A stretch of 64,000 nucleotides of DNA from an uncultured virus (IMG/VR IMGVR_UViG_3300000425_000001) (taxonomy: Duplodnaviria > Heunggongvirae > Uroviricota > Caudoviricetes). Positions 34,791 through 47,600 of this stretch are shown here, one piece after another. The notes beneath the pieces were generated by a model, which saw nothing but the letters and a program-made list of their open reading frames with translations, was not told the origin of the DNA and made no database searches. Every line of letters starts with the position of its first letter. The first letter of the stretch is position 1. The DNA lies in the IMG/VR virus record IMGVR_UViG_3300000425_000001. One strand, written 5' to 3'. The position numbers and the translations under genes are program-made.

Positions 34791-37643
34791 ATGAGTTATT
34801 CAAGAACCACAGTACAAGACGGACCAATAAGCAATAGCGGTCCTTTTGAGGCTATTATTGTAAATCATTTAGATCCCTATATGCAAGGTACCCTTGAAGT
34901 TGAACTTATTAGGCGTACATCTTCGAGTAATATTCCCGAAAGAAGCGGACAGCTAATGATTGTAAAATATCTGTCCCCATTTTACGGCGTTACACCTGCT
35001 ACTGGTCTAAAAGAAAACGATGATTTTCAGAGTACACAAAAAAGTTATGGATTTTGGGCTGTACCTCCAGATGTAGGATCTCGTGTTTTGGTAATTTTTG
35101 CTGAAGGCATTACGTCGTATGGATATTGGATAGGTTGTGTACAAGACAGCAACATGAATATGATGGTGCCAGGTGGAACTGCATCAACTGTGTTGCACAC
35201 AGAATCTACACCCGACGACCTAAAGGATAAGAAATTACCAGTTGGTGAATACAATAAAAAATTAGAAGATCTTGCTGCTGCTGACCCACAGTTTTTTAAA
35301 AAACCATACAATAAAGATTTTACAGAAATATTGCAAGTACAGGGACTAATTGACGACGAGACAAGAGGAACAACAACCTCAAGTGCTAGAAGAGAAGCCC
35401 CGTCAATGGTATTTGGTATGAGTACCCCAGGTCCACTTGACAAGCGTAAAAATCATCCTAAAGCAAAATACGGTTATGACATAGATGGAGTAGATATTCC
35501 CTATAATAGACTGGGCGGATCTAGTTTTGTAATGGATGACGGAGATCAAAACCTAATTAGAGCAACACACGCAGAAGATGGTCCTCCTATATACGTTAAC
35601 AAACGAATCAAAGAAGAAGGCGGTGACGAAACTATTCCTCAAAACGAAATGATTAGATTTAGAACTAGAACAGGGCATCAAATAATGATGAACAACAGCG
35701 AAGACCTAATCTATATTGCAAATTCACGAGGGACCGCATGGATTGAAATGACATCAGACGGTAAAATAGATATACATGCTCAAGACAGTATAAGCGTTAT
35801 GAGTGATACAGATATTAATTTTACAGCAGAGCGAGATTTTAATGTAGAAGCCGGACGTAATATAAACATGAAGGCATCTGCACGATGGAGTGACGGTAAG
35901 CATTTTGAACAAGAAAAACAAAGCGGAAGAGTACAAATTGAAAGTGCATTCAATACTAGTATTTTAGTAGGAGCAGAACACACAGTAACAGTTGGTGCCA
36001 ATAGTCATTTATCTGCAGGCGATAGTATATTTTCACATGCAACTAGAAATACACATCTATCCAGTAACTCGCATATGTTTATTGAAGCAATAGACGGTGC
36101 TCTGCACACAAAAGCAGCCCACTCGATATATAGAACTGCTGGTTCAAACGTATATGATGATATCGCTGGCAACTATTTGCTAACAGTTGAAGGGTCAATT
36201 AATAATAGAGCAGGTATTAGTATTTTAACAAATGCAGTAGAAAATATAAACACCACAGCTGGTATAGACATGTTCAACAAAACAACAACCGGATCAATAC
36301 ATAATACTGCTGAAATAAGTATGTTTAATAAAACTGTTACAGGCGAAATGCATAATATTGCAGAAACTGATATTTTTAATCATAGTAAAACTGCAAATAT
36401 TAATAGTCTTGCAGAGCTGTCTATTTTTGAAGAATCCGGAACTACGCACCATGTAGTTGTGGGACAAAGTTCTTATCATACAACTGGGTCAAATGTTAAT
36501 ATACAAGCTGCTGGTGTAATAGCAGCAGACGCAGGAGAAATACATTTAAATAGCGGACTATCTGGCAGTGCAACTGCTGCCACCGCAGGCATAGATGCAC
36601 TGTTACCTGCTAATGCTGCAAAGGCAATCGAAGCCGGCAGTCCTCAAATGCCCGATACAGTAAAGCCGCTATCAGAAATAACGTTACCGTATGTATTGCC
36701 AGGTGTTACACAACCTGTACCTTATAAATCGATTGTGCCTAGGGCACCACAACATGAACCTTGGCCACACCATGAAAATATGAATCCTTTAGGATTTAAG
36801 AGAGATCAAACTGATAGGGAAGAACCTGGTATGTTAGCATCAGCTGATAGATTTATATCTCCAGACACATTCCTAAGAAATTCATCAGTAGCTGAAGCAA
36901 GTGTACGAGTTAGCGGCAGCGGCGGTGATATAATGTCAGATAGCTTACCAGACGAAGAAGGCTTCTCGGGCCCAGTTTGGATAAACGACGAAGGTGATAG
37001 TATTAGAGTTGGACCAGACGGAGTTATGGCTGAAATTGATGCCAGAGCTAGAGGATTTAAACCATATGAACCACCAAAGATCGAAGGCTATGACGAAACA
37101 GAACGTGTTTATTATCAAGCAGCTATTAAAAAAGGAAAAGACAGCGGAAAGTTCCGTTGGTATCCTCTAGAACCAAAAATGTTACAATTATTAGATAAAA
37201 CTGCAACTATTTGTGATGTAAAAGTTATGGTTTTCAGTGCTGGTCAAATGCCTAGATCAGAATGGAGAAGAACTCCAGGAGCTCGAGCAAGCGGCAATAA
37301 AAGATACATAGGTACTCAAAAAGTAAACACCGGATCACTGAGACACGATTACGGAAGTGCAGCCGACATATATGTATACGACTTTAAAACAGGCAAAACA
37401 CTTATTCAAGACAGTCCTAGATTCTTACAATTTATTGAAGAATTTTTTGCAAGCGGCGGCAGAGGTGTTGGTGCAAAAAATGGGTATATGGGCGACAATG
37501 CTATGCATGTTGATATTGTTGGTACAGATCGCGGCGGCGGCAATATTTGGCTTTCTTCCCCAGCAGTAAAATCAGCATATGCTAGAGGCGTAAAAAGACG
37601 TACTTCTCCAATACGCAGTGCATTTTATCATGAATTTAGATAA
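34791..37643 (+). CDS. gp5: Baseplate central spike, gp5/VgrG-like, with a C-terminal M15-like peptidase
   Basis: OB-fold DP..G.LEV, SYGFWAVPPDVGSRVLVIF, RTRTGHQI, beta-helix repeats, HEPW; C-terminal RHDYGSAAD..MHVD. Confidence 0.8.
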   Translation: MSYSRTTVQDGPISNSGPFEAIIVNHLDPYMQGTLEVELIRRTSSSNIPERSGQLMIVKYLSPFYGVTPATGLKENDDFQSTQKSYGFWAVPPDVGSRVLVIFAEGITSYGYWIGCVQDSNMNMMVPGGTASTVLHTESTPDDLKDKKLPVGEYNKKLEDLAAADPQFFKKPYNKDFTEILQVQGLIDDETRGTTTSSARREAPSMVFGMSTPGPLDKRKNHPKAKYGYDIDGVDIPYNRLGGSSFVMDDGDQNLIRATHAEDGPPIYVNKRIKEEGGDETIPQNEMIRFRTRTGHQIMMNNSEDLIYIANSRGTAWIEMTSDGKIDIHAQDSISVMSDTDINFTAERDFNVEAGRNINMKASARWSDGKHFEQEKQSGRVQIESAFNTSILVGAEHTVTVGANSHLSAGDSIFSHATRNTHLSSNSHMFIEAIDGALHTKAAHSIYRTAGSNVYDDIAGNYLLTVEGSINNRAGISILTNAVENINTTAGIDMFNKTTTGSIHNTAEISMFNKTVTGEMHNIAETDIFNHSKTANINSLAELSIFEESGTTHHVVVGQSSYHTTGSNVNIQAAGVIAADAGEIHLNSGLSGSATAATAGIDALLPANAAKAIEAGSPQMPDTVKPLSEITLPYVLPGVTQPVPYKSIVPRAPQHEPWPHHENMNPLGFKRDQTDREEPGMLASADRFISPDTFLRNSSVAEASVRVSGSGGDIMSDSLPDEEGFSGPVWINDEGDSIRVGPDGVMAEIDARARGFKPYEPPKIEGYDETERVYYQAAIKKGKDSGKFRWYPLEPKMLQLLDKTATICDVKVMVFSAGQMPRSEWRRTPGARASGNKRYIGTQKVNTGSLRHDYGSAADIYVYDFKTGKTLIQDSPRFLQFIEEFFASGGRGVGAKNGYMGDNAMHVDIVGTDRGGGNIWLSSPAVKSAYARGVKRRTSPIRSAFYHEFR

Positions 37644-37658
37644 TAGATAAATATTATT

Positions 37659-38099
37659 ATGAGCACACTAGAAAAAAATCTTTACAAAAGAGTACAAGTT
37701 TCTACTAACAATAGAACACAAACAGTAACTAGAGGAAGTGCTTATAGAGGATTTTCTACAGTAAACGATAAAGTAGAAGGTTTTGCTTTATATGATTTTG
37801 AATTAATCAAGCAAGATATCATTAATCATTTTCACATACGCCAAGGTGAAAAATTAAGTGATCCTAACTTTGGTACTATTATTTGGGATATGTTATTTGA
37901 ACCCTTTACAAACGAAAATAGAGATGCTATTATAAGGAACGTTGCAGATATCATCAATTATGATGATAGAGTAACAGCTGAACAAGTGGTAGTTGATACA
38001 TACGAAAGTGGCATTGAAGTTAGTGCATTACTAGTGTTTGTACCATATAATATATCAGAACAACTGCTGTTTAAATTTGATAAAGAAGCACTTAACTAA
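37659..38099 (+). CDS. gp25: Baseplate wedge subunit, gp25-like
   Basis: YRGFS, IKQDIINHFHIRQGEKLSDPNFGTIIWDMLFEP, DDRV. Confidence 0.9.
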   Translation: MSTLEKNLYKRVQVSTNNRTQTVTRGSAYRGFSTVNDKVEGFALYDFELIKQDIINHFHIRQGEKLSDPNFGTIIWDMLFEPFTNENRDAIIRNVADIINYDDRVTAEQVVVDTYESGIEVSALLVFVPYNISEQLLFKFDKEALN

Positions 38100-38155
38100 T
38101 TAAATGCAACTATAATTATTCCTGATAAATATCATACAACATGAAGGAATAATCT

Positions 38156-41100
38156 ATGTCATCAACCGATAGACAATCTCGAGTAATTGCTACTGAAGAT
38201 TGGAAGAAAATTTACCAATCTTTTAGTAATGCAGATTTCCAAAGCTACGACTTTGATAATTTACGCAGAACAATGATTAATTATCTGCGCCAAAACTATC
38301 CGGAAGATTTTAACGATTATATCGAAAGTTCAGAGTATCTAGCACTGATCGACATGATTGCATTTTTAGGACAAAATTTATCCTTCAGAATTGACCTAAA
38401 TGCCAGAGAGAATTTTCTAGAAACAGCAGAACGTAGAGAAAGCGTACTAAGACTAGCTAAACTTATTTCTTACAATCCCAAGAGAAATATACCAGCATCG
38501 GGCCTGTTAAAATTTGACACAGTATCTACAACAGAAAACATAATCGATAGTACAGGAAAGAATCTACGTGAAACAACAATTTTGTGGAATGACAGAGCCA
38601 ACCCAAACTTTTATGAACAATTTATAAAAATTATAAATGCTGCTCTTCCTAATGCAGAAGGTGTAGGATCTCCGACTACTACCGCTAACATTGAAGGTGT
38701 AGTAACTGAACAATATAGATTCAATGCATTAAATCCTGATATTCCAGTATTTGGTTTTAGTAAATCAGTTGAAGGCGTTAACACTCGTTTTGAAATTGTT
38801 AGTACTGGCATAGAAAATGAAACAATTATAGAAGAAGCACCATTGCCGGGTAACAATCCTTCGTTTTTGTACAGAGATGACAGTCAAGGCGCAGGAAGTA
38901 CTAACACCGGATTTTTTATGCATTTTAGACAAGGTCAGCTTGAAAATGCAACTTTTAATTCAGGAAATCCTGTACCTAATCAAATTGTAGGTATTGACGA
39001 CACTAATATTAATAATAATGACATATGGTTATATTCGGTTGACTCTAATAATTTTGAGTCTTCATTATGGAAAAAGTTAGATTCGGTAGAAGGTAATAAC
39101 ATAATTTATAACAGCTTGTTCAAAGATACAAAAAATGTTTATGCAGTAACAACAAGAGCTGATGATAGAATTAACCTAGTATTCAGCGATGGCGTTTTTG
39201 GTAATCTACCATCAGGTAACTTTAGAATCTATTACAGAACCAGTGACAATCGAAACATGGTTATTAACCCCAGTAGTTTACAGACAATTAATATTGAAAT
39301 ACCATATATTAGTAGAAATAATTCACAAGAAACGCTAACAATTGGACTTAGCTTAAAAAGCACTGTGTCAAATGGTCGTCCTAGTGAAACAAGTGCAGAT
39401 ATAAAGCAAAATGCGCCAGCAAGCTATTATACGCAGAATAGACTGGTAACAGCAGAAGATTATAATATTGGTCCCTTAGGTATTGACCAAGATATTATTA
39501 AAACAAAAACAGTTAATAGAATTTCCAGTGGTATCAGTAGATATTTTGATCTAACAGATCCAACTGGAAAATACTCTACTACAAGTTTATTTGCATCTGA
39601 TGGAGTACTGTATAGACAAGAGTATTTAGATAACTTTAATTTTACATTTACTACTCAATCTGATATTGAAGGAATAATTTATAGTCAAATAGAAAGTAGA
39701 ATTGCAAGTAAATCTGTTCAAAACTTTTATAACGAAAACTTTGACAAAGTTAATGTTAGCGATCTAAATGCAATATGGAGACAGTCTACAGCAAAGACCA
39801 ATAGGTCTACAGGGTATTTTGAACAAATTTTAGATCTAGATGAAATTTTTATTAGTGCTAATGGCAATTCTGCAGAATCGAGTGTTTATAGTGTAGGCAC
39901 ATATACTACAAATGCACTAAAAAATATTAAGCCTGGTGCAATGTGTAAATTTACAGCACCTGATGGTTATCATTTTATGAAAAATGGTACACTAATGTTG
40001 GGAACAGCAGATCACCAAGGCAGTAGCAATTATATCTGGTCCACTGTAAAATCTATTGACGCAGATGGTACTGTAGTCGACGATGATGGGTTCGGTCCTA
40101 TTGTATTCAACGATATTATTCCTAATGGTGCAATTTTAAATCAAATTTTACCAAAATATGCAATCTCTATAGTTGATGACGTAAAAAAACAAATTATAGA
40201 TAGAACATTTGCATATAAAGATTTTGCATTGAGATTTGATCAATCATCGAGCGAATGGAAAATTATTACAAGTGATAATCTAAACACATATGCTCCGTTT
40301 AGTCTACAACGTCAAGGAAATACATCTAGAACTAATCAAGATAACAGTTGGATATTCTATTTTCAAACAGATGGACAAACATTTAACGTATCATACAGAA
40401 ATTTAAGATATGTATTTGAAAGCGAATCTGAAATAAGATTTTTCTTTGACAGTGCCGATAAAGTCTATGATACAAAAACAGGAAAAATTGCTCAAGACAA
40501 AATTACTATTTTAAACATTAATACAAAACCAAATAGTCTTGAAGCATTTAACAAAGATTTTGACTGGAGTATTTCAAACGCATATAAAGATTCAGAAGGA
40601 TACAACGATACTCGTCGTGTGCAGCTAGCGTTTTATGACAGTGATGACGATGGTATCGCTGATAATCCAGAATTGTTTAAAGAAATTGTAGACGAAACAA
40701 GTTTTGTATTCCAAAAAAAATACAGTTCAGTTGACGGAGTAGAAAATTACAAGTACTTTGACAATTCCACTGGTACAGTAAAAGTAAGACAAAATGATGC
40801 ACTTGACCCAATTAATGTAAATGCTGAAGTTGACGGACAGGTGTTTTATATAGTAGATTTTGATTTATTTAAAGTACTCAACAAAACACAAAATAACATG
40901 ACAATTACAGATGAGTATAGAGCATTTATTGGCAGAGCGGGACTAAAGTTCCATTATGTTCATGTAGCAGATTCTAACTATAGAATCGACCCAGCAAGTA
41001 GTAATATTTTAGATACATATGTACTAACAAAAGATTATGACACTCAAGTTAGAAAATATGTAAACGGTGGCATCGCATCATTACCGTTACCACCTAGCTC

Positions 41101-41698
41101 AGATGAACTATTTAGAAACTACGGTACTAGTATAAACGAAATAAAAAGCGTAAGCGACGAAGTAGTATTTCATCCGGTAACTTATAAAATGCTATTTGGC
41201 GAAAAGGCTGATCCAAGACTACAGGTTGTTTTTAAAGTTGTAAAGAACAAGGGAATTGCACTAAACAACAATCAATTAAAGTCTACAATTGTACAATTAA
41301 TAAATCAATTTTTTGCAATTGAAAATTGGGACTTTGGTGATACTTTCTATTTTCAAGAACTGAGTGCTTATATTATGAACAATTTATCTCCTGATTTATC
41401 GAGTATTGTTGTAGTGCCAAAACAAGCAGATCAAGTGTTTGGCAGTTTGTTCGAAATAAAATCCGAATCAAATGAAATATTCTTAAATGCAGCAACAGTA
41501 AATGATATTGAAATTATTGACGAACACACATCAACTAATTTACAAGCATCAGGGCTAGTTATTACAAGTATATCCAGTACAATACAAGGTGTACAAACTA
41601 GAAGTACAACTGCTCCTACTACACTACCCAGCAGTAGTGCAACAACTGGTTCAATAGGAAATATTGCAAATAACAATGACGAAGGAAGTACCTACTAA
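38156..41698 (+). CDS. gp6: Baseplate wedge subunit, gp6-like, 1180 aa
   Basis: DFDNLRR, ENFLETAERRESVLRLAKLISYNP, FSDGVFGNLP and QNRLVTAEDY motifs; TAAATA at 38126. Confidence 0.88.
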   Translation: MSSTDRQSRVIATEDWKKIYQSFSNADFQSYDFDNLRRTMINYLRQNYPEDFNDYIESSEYLALIDMIAFLGQNLSFRIDLNARENFLETAERRESVLRLAKLISYNPKRNIPASGLLKFDTVSTTENIIDSTGKNLRETTILWNDRANPNFYEQFIKIINAALPNAEGVGSPTTTANIEGVVTEQYRFNALNPDIPVFGFSKSVEGVNTRFEIVSTGIENETIIEEAPLPGNNPSFLYRDDSQGAGSTNTGFFMHFRQGQLENATFNSGNPVPNQIVGIDDTNINNNDIWLYSVDSNNFESSLWKKLDSVEGNNIIYNSLFKDTKNVYAVTTRADDRINLVFSDGVFGNLPSGNFRIYYRTSDNRNMVINPSSLQTINIEIPYISRNNSQETLTIGLSLKSTVSNGRPSETSADIKQNAPASYYTQNRLVTAEDYNIGPLGIDQDIIKTKTVNRISSGISRYFDLTDPTGKYSTTSLFASDGVLYRQEYLDNFNFTFTTQSDIEGIIYSQIESRIASKSVQNFYNENFDKVNVSDLNAIWRQSTAKTNRSTGYFEQILDLDEIFISANGNSAESSVYSVGTYTTNALKNIKPGAMCKFTAPDGYHFMKNGTLMLGTADHQGSSNYIWSTVKSIDADGTVVDDDGFGPIVFNDIIPNGAILNQILPKYAISIVDDVKKQIIDRTFAYKDFALRFDQSSSEWKIITSDNLNTYAPFSLQRQGNTSRTNQDNSWIFYFQTDGQTFNVSYRNLRYVFESESEIRFFFDSADKVYDTKTGKIAQDKITILNINTKPNSLEAFNKDFDWSISNAYKDSEGYNDTRRVQLAFYDSDDDGIADNPELFKEIVDETSFVFQKKYSSVDGVENYKYFDNSTGTVKVRQNDALDPINVNAEVDGQVFYIVDFDLFKVLNKTQNNMTITDEYRAFIGRAGLKFHYVHVADSNYRIDPASSNILDTYVLTKDYDTQVRKYVNGGIASLPLPPSSDELFRNYGTSINEIKSVSDEVVFHPVTYKMLFGEKADPRLQVVFKVVKNKGIALNNNQLKSTIVQLINQFFAIENWDFGDTFYFQELSAYIMNNLSPDLSSIVVVPKQADQVFGSLFEIKSESNEIFLNAATVNDIEIIDEHTSTNLQASGLVITSISSTIQGVQTRSTTAPTTLPSSSATTGSIGNIANNNDEGSTY

Positions 41699-44600
41699 TG
41701 GCAAATACACAAAGCGAATTTGGGTTACCAACTCCAGGCGACGATAAAAGACAAAGTGCAAGATTTCTTCCTAGATTTTTTAGATCAGAAGCAAACTTAA
41801 AATTTCTACAGGCAACAATTGACCAACTAATACAGCCTGGCGTTGCAGAAAAATTAAGTGGATATGTTGGCAGAAAAACAGCCAAAGGTTTCAGAGCTAC
41901 AGACACTTACATTCCAGAAACAAGCCTACAGCGCCAGTCGTATCAGTTAGAACCTAGTTTAGTCATCAAAGACAATGTTGATAATGTAAAATTCTTTAAA
42001 GACTATAATGATTTCACTAACCAACTTAAATTTTTTAATGTTGATGTTAGTGATCATAGTGTTATTAATGAACAAGAATCATATCCGTGGAACCCTAATA
42101 TTGATTGGGACAAGTTTGTAAACTTTAGAGAATACTATTGGCTACCCAACGGACCGTTGAGTGTACCAGTTCAAGGTCAAAGTGAAGAAGTTACTAGCAC
42201 CTACACAATTACAGCAGAAGACCAAGGTGATAATTTTGCATATGTATTCAGCAATAGACTAGCACGTAATCCGAGTGTAAAATTGTTTAGAGGACAAAAA
42301 TATAGATTTGAAATAGACTGTCCAGACCATCCAATTGCTATTGTTGTTACTAGATCGTTTACTCCAGGAAATGCAGTAATTGTTGCAACTCAAGAAGGTA
42401 TTCGCAGTGACGGTCTTTTTGGTGCCGAGTTATTTGGAGTAAACTTCGACGCAGGAGAATTTATTGTACTTCCCGAAGCCGGAGGCGTAACGTTTGAAGA
42501 CGATGATAACGTAAGTACGCTTTATCCTGATGGCATCCGTAAGCTAGGCGAAGCCGGCGAAGAAATTGCAAATGTCTATATGACCAAAGGTGCTATTGAA
42601 TTTACTGTTCCGTATAATGCACCTAGTAAACTGTATTATATTAATTCTGATGATATTGATATGAGCGGCGAATTCAGAATATATGATATAGAAGAAAATA
42701 CATATCTAAATGTACGTGACGAAATTATCGGTGCTAAAACTTATTCAAGTGCCAATGGCGTAAAGTTTACAAATGGTCTAAAGGTATTTTTTAGAGGACA
42801 GACAACTCCTGAATATTATGCTCAGGGTAATTACTATGTTGAAGGCGTTGGCACAAGTATACAATTAGTTGCAGAAGATGATCTAATACTTCCTCAAGCA
42901 TATACGTCAACTGAAGTGATCGAATATGATACTGATAAATTTGATAGGTTACCATATTCAACAGCTACAGGATATCCGGATCTGAAAGATTATATAACAG
43001 TTAACAGAGCAAGTGTCGACGGCAATGCATGGGCACGTTCGAATAGATGGTTCCATAGATCTGTAGTTGAACAAACAGCACTTTTTAATAATATCACATC
43101 GGATGTAGATCAGTCAACAAGAGCATCAAGACCTATTATAGAGTTTGAACCTGGATTGCATCTATATCAATACGGTACTGAATTTAAACAAGATATCGAT
43201 CTAATAGATACATTTACAACAGACGTATTTTCTACAATTGAAGGTAGTATTGGCTATAATGTTGATGGTGTAGATTTAGTAGAAGGTATGCGTGTATTAT
43301 TTACTGCTGACACAGACATTAGAGTCTCGGGCAAAATATACGAAGTTAAGTTTGTAAGAATAGTTAACGATAATGTAGTTAGTTTAATAGAAACAGACGA
43401 CACATTGCCGTTAGAAAATGAAAATGTACTGGTTAAGCAAGGTACTAAAAATAAAGGCAAAGTATACTTCTTTAAAGACGGCTGGAAAGAAGCACAGGAA
43501 AAAACAAAAACTAACCAATCACCGATGTTTGCTCTTTATTCTAATGCAGGTGATGCATTTGGCGATATGGAAATTTATAATAGTTCTACATTTAGAGGAA
43601 CTAAACTATTTTCCTATAAGCAAGGCAACGGCACAGCAGATTCTGAACTAGGGTTCTCCCTGTCATACAGAAATATAGACAATACTGGTGACATATTATT
43701 TGACTTTAATCTAGAGTCTGATTCTTTTACATACCAAGAAAATGAAATTACAAATACAATTTTTACAAAAACTGGTTTTCTTAAAAAGTACACAACTAGA
43801 GAAAACTTTACCTATGCCAACGGCTGGAGTAGTATACCATATATAACATCTCAATGGGTAATTAGAGAATATCAATCGTCAATTGAAAACCAAAACGGTT
43901 TTGAAATAGATGTATACGACGATGCCAGCACAATTTTAGACTTAAAAATTAAAGTTTTTGTAAACAATATATTACAAAATAATGATTTGTATACTTTAAT
44001 AAAAGTTAATGATAAATTAATTGTTGAATTTAGTTCTGCGATTCCTGTAGACGATTTAATTATCATAAAAACACAGTCGTCTACACCAAAGAATGAAAAT
44101 GGATATTATGAATTTCCAATCAACCTAGAAAAAAATCCTCTAAATGCTGACATCTCTACATTTACACTAGGCGAGGTATCTGACCATGTAAAAACTATAG
44201 TTGACGATGTTGGTGATTTTGATGGAGTATATCCTGGGTACAGCAATCTAAAAGATTTAGGTGACCTTGACCGTTACGGTAAACGATTTATCAAACACTC
44301 AGGACCGTTAAATTTACCGATGTACTTAACACTTGATAAGAAATATAATATTGTTAAGTCGATAGAGTATTCTATGAGAGAATACAGTAAGTTCAAAAGA
44401 AGTTTTATTCAAGCCGCTTCGACACTGGGATTTGATGGCGATACAAAACAACATGTGGATCTTATACTAAAAGAATTAAACAAAGACAAAACCAAAACAC
44501 AGCCCTTCTACTTTTCAGATATGATAGGTTATAAAGGTCATGTCAGAAACGAATATGTTGTATTTGATGATGCAAATCCGTTTTATCCACTAAGTTCAAA

Positions 44601-47600
44601 TTTTAATTTAAAAAATCTCAACACAAGTTCTGTTTTAATTTACCTGAATGGTAAGCAATTAATGCATAACAAAGATTATATATTTACAGATGAAAGTTTT
44701 ATACAATTATTAGTTACACAGCATATCGATGACATAATAGAAGTATACGAATATAATAATACTGATGGCTCATTTGTGCCGCCTACTCCAACAAAGTTAG
44801 GTCTATATCCCAAGTATGAACCACAGATTGTACATGACGATATGTGGCTATCGTCACAAGGTACAGCTAACGAATCTGACCCGTACCAAATTTATGGCCA
44901 AGATCCAACTAGTGATACAGTGGGTTGGTTTTATCCATTATACTTAAATAGAGCAGCAGCAAAATTAGCAGACGAAAATGGCGAAACAATACAAGTCGAA
45001 ATAAACGGCAGTAGTAAATTATATTATTCTCCTAAGTCTGCTTATACTCGATCAAACGAGCCTAGTGCATCATTGACAGTTTATCCTGTCGGCGAAGCAA
45101 TTATTATCGGTCACGACGGTAGCCGAATATTGGCATACAAGGATTATAGAGACAATCTAATATTAGAACTAGAAAAAAGAATTTTTAATAATATTAAATC
45201 AAACTATGAAACTAATATTTTTAACAAAGACGACTTTGTTAGCAGTAAGTTTAGACAGAGAATTTCAAGATCTAAAATTGATAAAATTTTATTAAAAGAT
45301 TTTATATCATGGAATACTAATATAGGTGTTGACTATACTTCGAATATCTTTTATAATACCAAAGACCAGTTTACATACAATTATAGCAAATCAACCAGTA
45401 AAGTTGACGGAGCGTTTTTACCTGGATATTGGAGAGGTGTGTTTGTAGAATTATACGACACAGACCGTCCGAATACACATCCTTGGGAAATGCTTGGTTT
45501 AACAATTAAGCCAAATTGGTGGGAAGACACATATGGCAAAGCACCATATACAAGCAACAACTCTATACTATGGAAAGATCTAGAAGAAGGAAGAATCAAA
45601 GACCCTAGCTTGTCAATTCAAGTAGATCAACGATATGCACGTCCTGGCCTATCTACTTTTATTCCTGTTGACTCACAAGGAAATTTACTATCTCCTATTA
45701 GTTGCGGATATGCAAAGAATACAGTTCTTAGAGATACTGATACTGTGTTTAAGTTTGGCGACAGTTCTCCGGTTGAGTCAGCATGGCGCAACAGCAGTGA
45801 ATATCCGTTTAGTTTAATAAAGGCAATGCTATTAAATCAGCCTGCAAAGTTTTTAGCTTTAGGATTTGATGTTTCGAGAACTACAAAGAATTTAACCAAT
45901 CAGATAGTTTACTCTAACACAGGTAGACCTGTTGAACTAGACAAACTAATATTTCCTAACACATACAAAGACACACAAAAAGTATTAACTAGTGGAGTTG
46001 TAAATTTTATTCATGCACTGATAGGTAGTAATGTTTTAAAAACCTATGACGAGTTTCAAACTGATATTAAGTCTATTGAAAATAAAATTGCATTTAGACT
46101 TGCAGGATATACTGACAAAACAAAATTGAACATTGTTTTAGATAGTAAAAATCCTGCTGCTCAAAATACTGCAAGTATCTTTGTACCGGATGAAAACATC
46201 TCAGTTTATACAAATACCAGTTCACCAATTGACAGTGTCGTATACAGCGGAGTTAGAATTGAAAAAACATCAAATGGTTATATTGTAAGTGGATACAACG
46301 ACGACGAACCAACTTTTAAATACTATGCACCCGTATCTACAAACAGAGATGCAACTATTGTAATAGGCGGCACTCTAGAAAGTTCGGTAAATTGGTCTCC
46401 TACACAATTTTATGTAAAAGGCCAAATAATTACCAACGACAATGATATATATCGTGCAACCAATGACTTTACAAGCGGTAATAGTTTTTCAGCCGAAAAT
46501 GTTATAAAAATTCCTGAAATACCAGTAATAGGCGGTACACGAGGTACAATCAAAAAAGAGTTTAATTATAATAGCGTACTTGAAATAAATTATGGCACTG
46601 TTTTAAAAACTTTACAGGATGTAGTTGATTTATTAATCGGTTATGGAAAGTATCTAGAGGTTAATGGATTCGAATTTAATTATTTTGATCAAGAAACAGA
46701 AACAATTACCAATTGGGTAAATTCAGCAAAAGAATTTTTAGCATGGACTGCACAAGATTGGGCAAACGGTACTTCGATTGCACTAAGTCCAGCAGCGTTT
46801 CAAGTTGAGTTTAAAAGAGATTTTTCAGTTGTTGACGATATCTATGATAATTTTTATAGATATAGCTTATTAGACGAAAATGCACAACCTCTAAATAGAA
46901 AATTTAGTAGTATTCTGCGTGACAACAACAGCTTTAGCTTGACAGTTAAAAATTCAGATAACGGAATTTATAATTTAAAATTACCACTAGTACAAAAAGA
47001 ACACGTGATAATTATTGACAATGAAACTGTTTTTAATGATTTAATCTATCAGCCTAGTACAGGATACAGACAGGAGCGTCTAAAGATAATAGGCTATAGA
47101 AGTGATGGATGGAATGGTAGTTTAAATATTCCTGGCTTTGTATATGATGACACAGATCTAACTATTTGGGAACCATGGCAGGATTATCCAATTGGTAGTC
47201 TTGTAAAGAACAAAGAATTCTATTATGTTGCAAAATATAATGCACCTGGCACACAGGATTTTGATTACTCCTATTGGTCGCAGTTAAACAGTGAGCCAGA
47301 ATCTAAACTAATAACAAATTTTGATTATAGAATTAATCAATTTGCTGACTTTTATGATGTTGACAGTGACGGATTTGACGAACAACAAAACAAACTAGCA
47401 CAGCATCTAATAGGCTATCAAAAAAGAGACTATCTTGCTAACATTATTAATGATGATGTTTCTCAATATAAATTTTATCAAGGCATGCTTCAAGATAAAG
47501 GAACAATGAAAGCTATTGACAATTTCTTTAACAGTCTAAGAGGCGAAGCTAATAGTGTTGAAGTATATGAAGAATGGGCAGTACAAGTTGGCAAATACGG

